Source of the DNA: an uncultured Caldilineaceae bacterium
Lineage (GTDB): Bacteria; Chloroflexota; Anaerolineae; 4572-78; J111
Direction of reading: 5' to 3'
Length of the DNA: 64,000 bases
NCBI GenBank assembly: GCA_964517605.1
Contig: CAZFCE010000016.1
Span: 18,900 to 82,899, forward strand
The notes beneath the pieces were generated by a model. It saw only the letters and a list, made by a program, of their open reading frames with translations. It did not search any database and was not told where the DNA came from. This document shows, in pieces, positions 63,076-64,000 of the stretch. Position numbers and translations under genes: made by a program. The stretch's first letter is position 1. Each line of letters begins with the position of its first letter.

Positions 63076-64000
63076 ATGGCACATAAAATAGTGATTGGCT
63101 TGACGGGTAATATTGCCACAGGAAAAAGCCTGGTTTTGCGCATGCTGCAAGAACTGGGCGCAACCGCAATTGATGCCGATAAACTGGTGCACGAGTTGAT
63201 GCGGCGCGGCGGCTCGGTGTACAATGCCATTGTTGAGGAGTTTGGCAAGTTTATTCTGGATGAAACGGGGCAGATCAGCCGGGCCAAGCTGGGCAAAATT
63301 GTTTTTAGCGATCCCACGGCGTTATCGCGGCTGGAGGCGCTTACCCATCCGGGAGTAACCGCCGAAGTGCTGCGGCAAATTGAAAGCGCCCCTACCCCGA
63401 CAGTGGTGATCGAAGCCATTAAATTATTTGAGTCGGGGTTGGCCGAACAATGCACCGCCACGTGGGTGGTGGTGGCTCCGCCGCAACAACAACTCAAGCG
63501 GCTCATTGAGCGGCGTAGAATGAGTCCGGAGCAGGCCAAACAGCGCATCCAGGCTCAATCGCCGCAGCAGGAAAAGGCGCTCAAAGCCGATTTGGTGATT
63601 GACAATAGCGGCGCGCTGGCCAAAACCTGGACCATTGTCAAAAACAATTATCAAAAACTACTCACGTCCCAGGCTGTTGAAACCGTGGCCGAACCCGACG
63701 AACCCGAAGCGGCGGCCCCGGTAGTTACCACAGCCCCGGCCCTGGAGGAGATTGACGTGTCACAAGTTACCTTACGGCGAGCCAAACGCGGTGATTTGAA
63801 TGCCATGGCCGAATTAATGTCGCTGGGCACAGCGGATACAATTAAACCCGATATCTCCGAAATGATGGAGTCGTTGTTCTCTCGCGCCTACCTGCTGGCC
63901 GTAGTTGGCGAACGCATTGTGGGAATGATCGGCTGGCAAACCGAAAACCTGGTAGCCGGTCTGCAAGATTTTTACATGCGGCGCAACGATTTGTGGGATT
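63076..64000 (+). CDS. coaE: Dephospho-CoA kinase fused to a C-terminal GNAT-like extension, 3'-truncated by the window edge
   Basis: My own translation from ATG 63076 (RBS aaggagg) gives MAHKIVIGLTGNIATGKSLVLRMLQELGATAIDADKLVHEL...LTHPGV...VIEAIKLFE. After about aa 200 comes a Pro/Ala/Glu linker, then VTLRRAKRGDLNAMAELM...YLLAVVGERIVGMIGW. The frame is open to nt 64000. Confidence 0.8.
   Translation, partial: MAHKIVIGLTGNIATGKSLVLRMLQELGATAIDADKLVHELMRRGGSVYNAIVEEFGKFILDETGQISRAKLGKIVFSDPTALSRLEALTHPGVTAEVLRQIESAPTPTVVIEAIKLFESGLAEQCTATWVVVAPPQQQLKRLIERRRMSPEQAKQRIQAQSPQQEKALKADLVIDNSGALAKTWTIVKNNYQKLLTSQAVETVAEPDEPEAAAPVVTTAPALEEIDVSQVTLRRAKRGDLNAMAELMSLGTADTIKPDISEMMESLFSRAYLLAVVGERIVGMIGWQTENLVAGLQDFYMRRNDLWD

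Noticed and set aside
1-64000. Mobile genetic elements, prophage or integrated island
   Set aside because: No transposase, integrase, recombinase or phage structural motifs appear in any listed ORF. The only tRNA gene (45268) has no flanking direct repeat of its 3' end that I could see. By eye, compositional dips correspond to the origin and promoter gaps only.

Overview
High-GC bacterial chromosomal segment spanning a replication-origin region. dnaA (40426-41820, minus) has clusters of TTATCCACA-type DnaA boxes and AT-rich tracts on both sides, while dnaN lies about 20 kb away. I call about 58 protein-coding genes and one tRNA-Leu(CAA). I found no rRNA, no CRISPR array, and no transposase, integrase or phage genes. 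Most genes are housekeeping or envelope-related: a MacAB-like ABC efflux set, a PFK-like gene, a PLP-themed neighbourhood (MocR regulator, threonine dehydratase, threonine aldolase, pdxS), two polysaccharide gene sets, ychF, rnj, cspA-like, pheA, lysC, rsmI, selA, pcm, ald, an ABC-F ATPase and coaE. An LPXTG-type sorting signal, Pro/Thr-rich linkers and GC-rich palindromic intergenic repeats suggest a monoderm, possibly Chloroflexota-like host, but this is inference only. The most unusual locus is 42.4-52.1 kb, next to the origin. It holds a response regulator fused to a Roadblock/LC7-like domain and an ECF sigma/anti-sigma pair. Four tandem paralogues follow, encoding membrane-anchored proteins that share a Pro/Thr linker and a C-terminal Cys-containing domain I cannot assign to any family. 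The fourth paralogue (1027 aa) couples four cytoplasmic cyclic-nucleotide-binding domains to that extracytoplasmic domain. Other items worth a second look:
- an orphan TIR-domain protein with its own promoter
- a 10 x 21-bp tandem array
- a roughly 73-bp repeat inserted directly upstream of two unrelated genes
- a PFK-like protein with substitutions in the catalytic TIDND motif
- a small zinc-ribbon / nucleoside-deoxyribosyltransferase-like gene pair
All functional calls come from reading motifs in the supplied translations; no database search was run.
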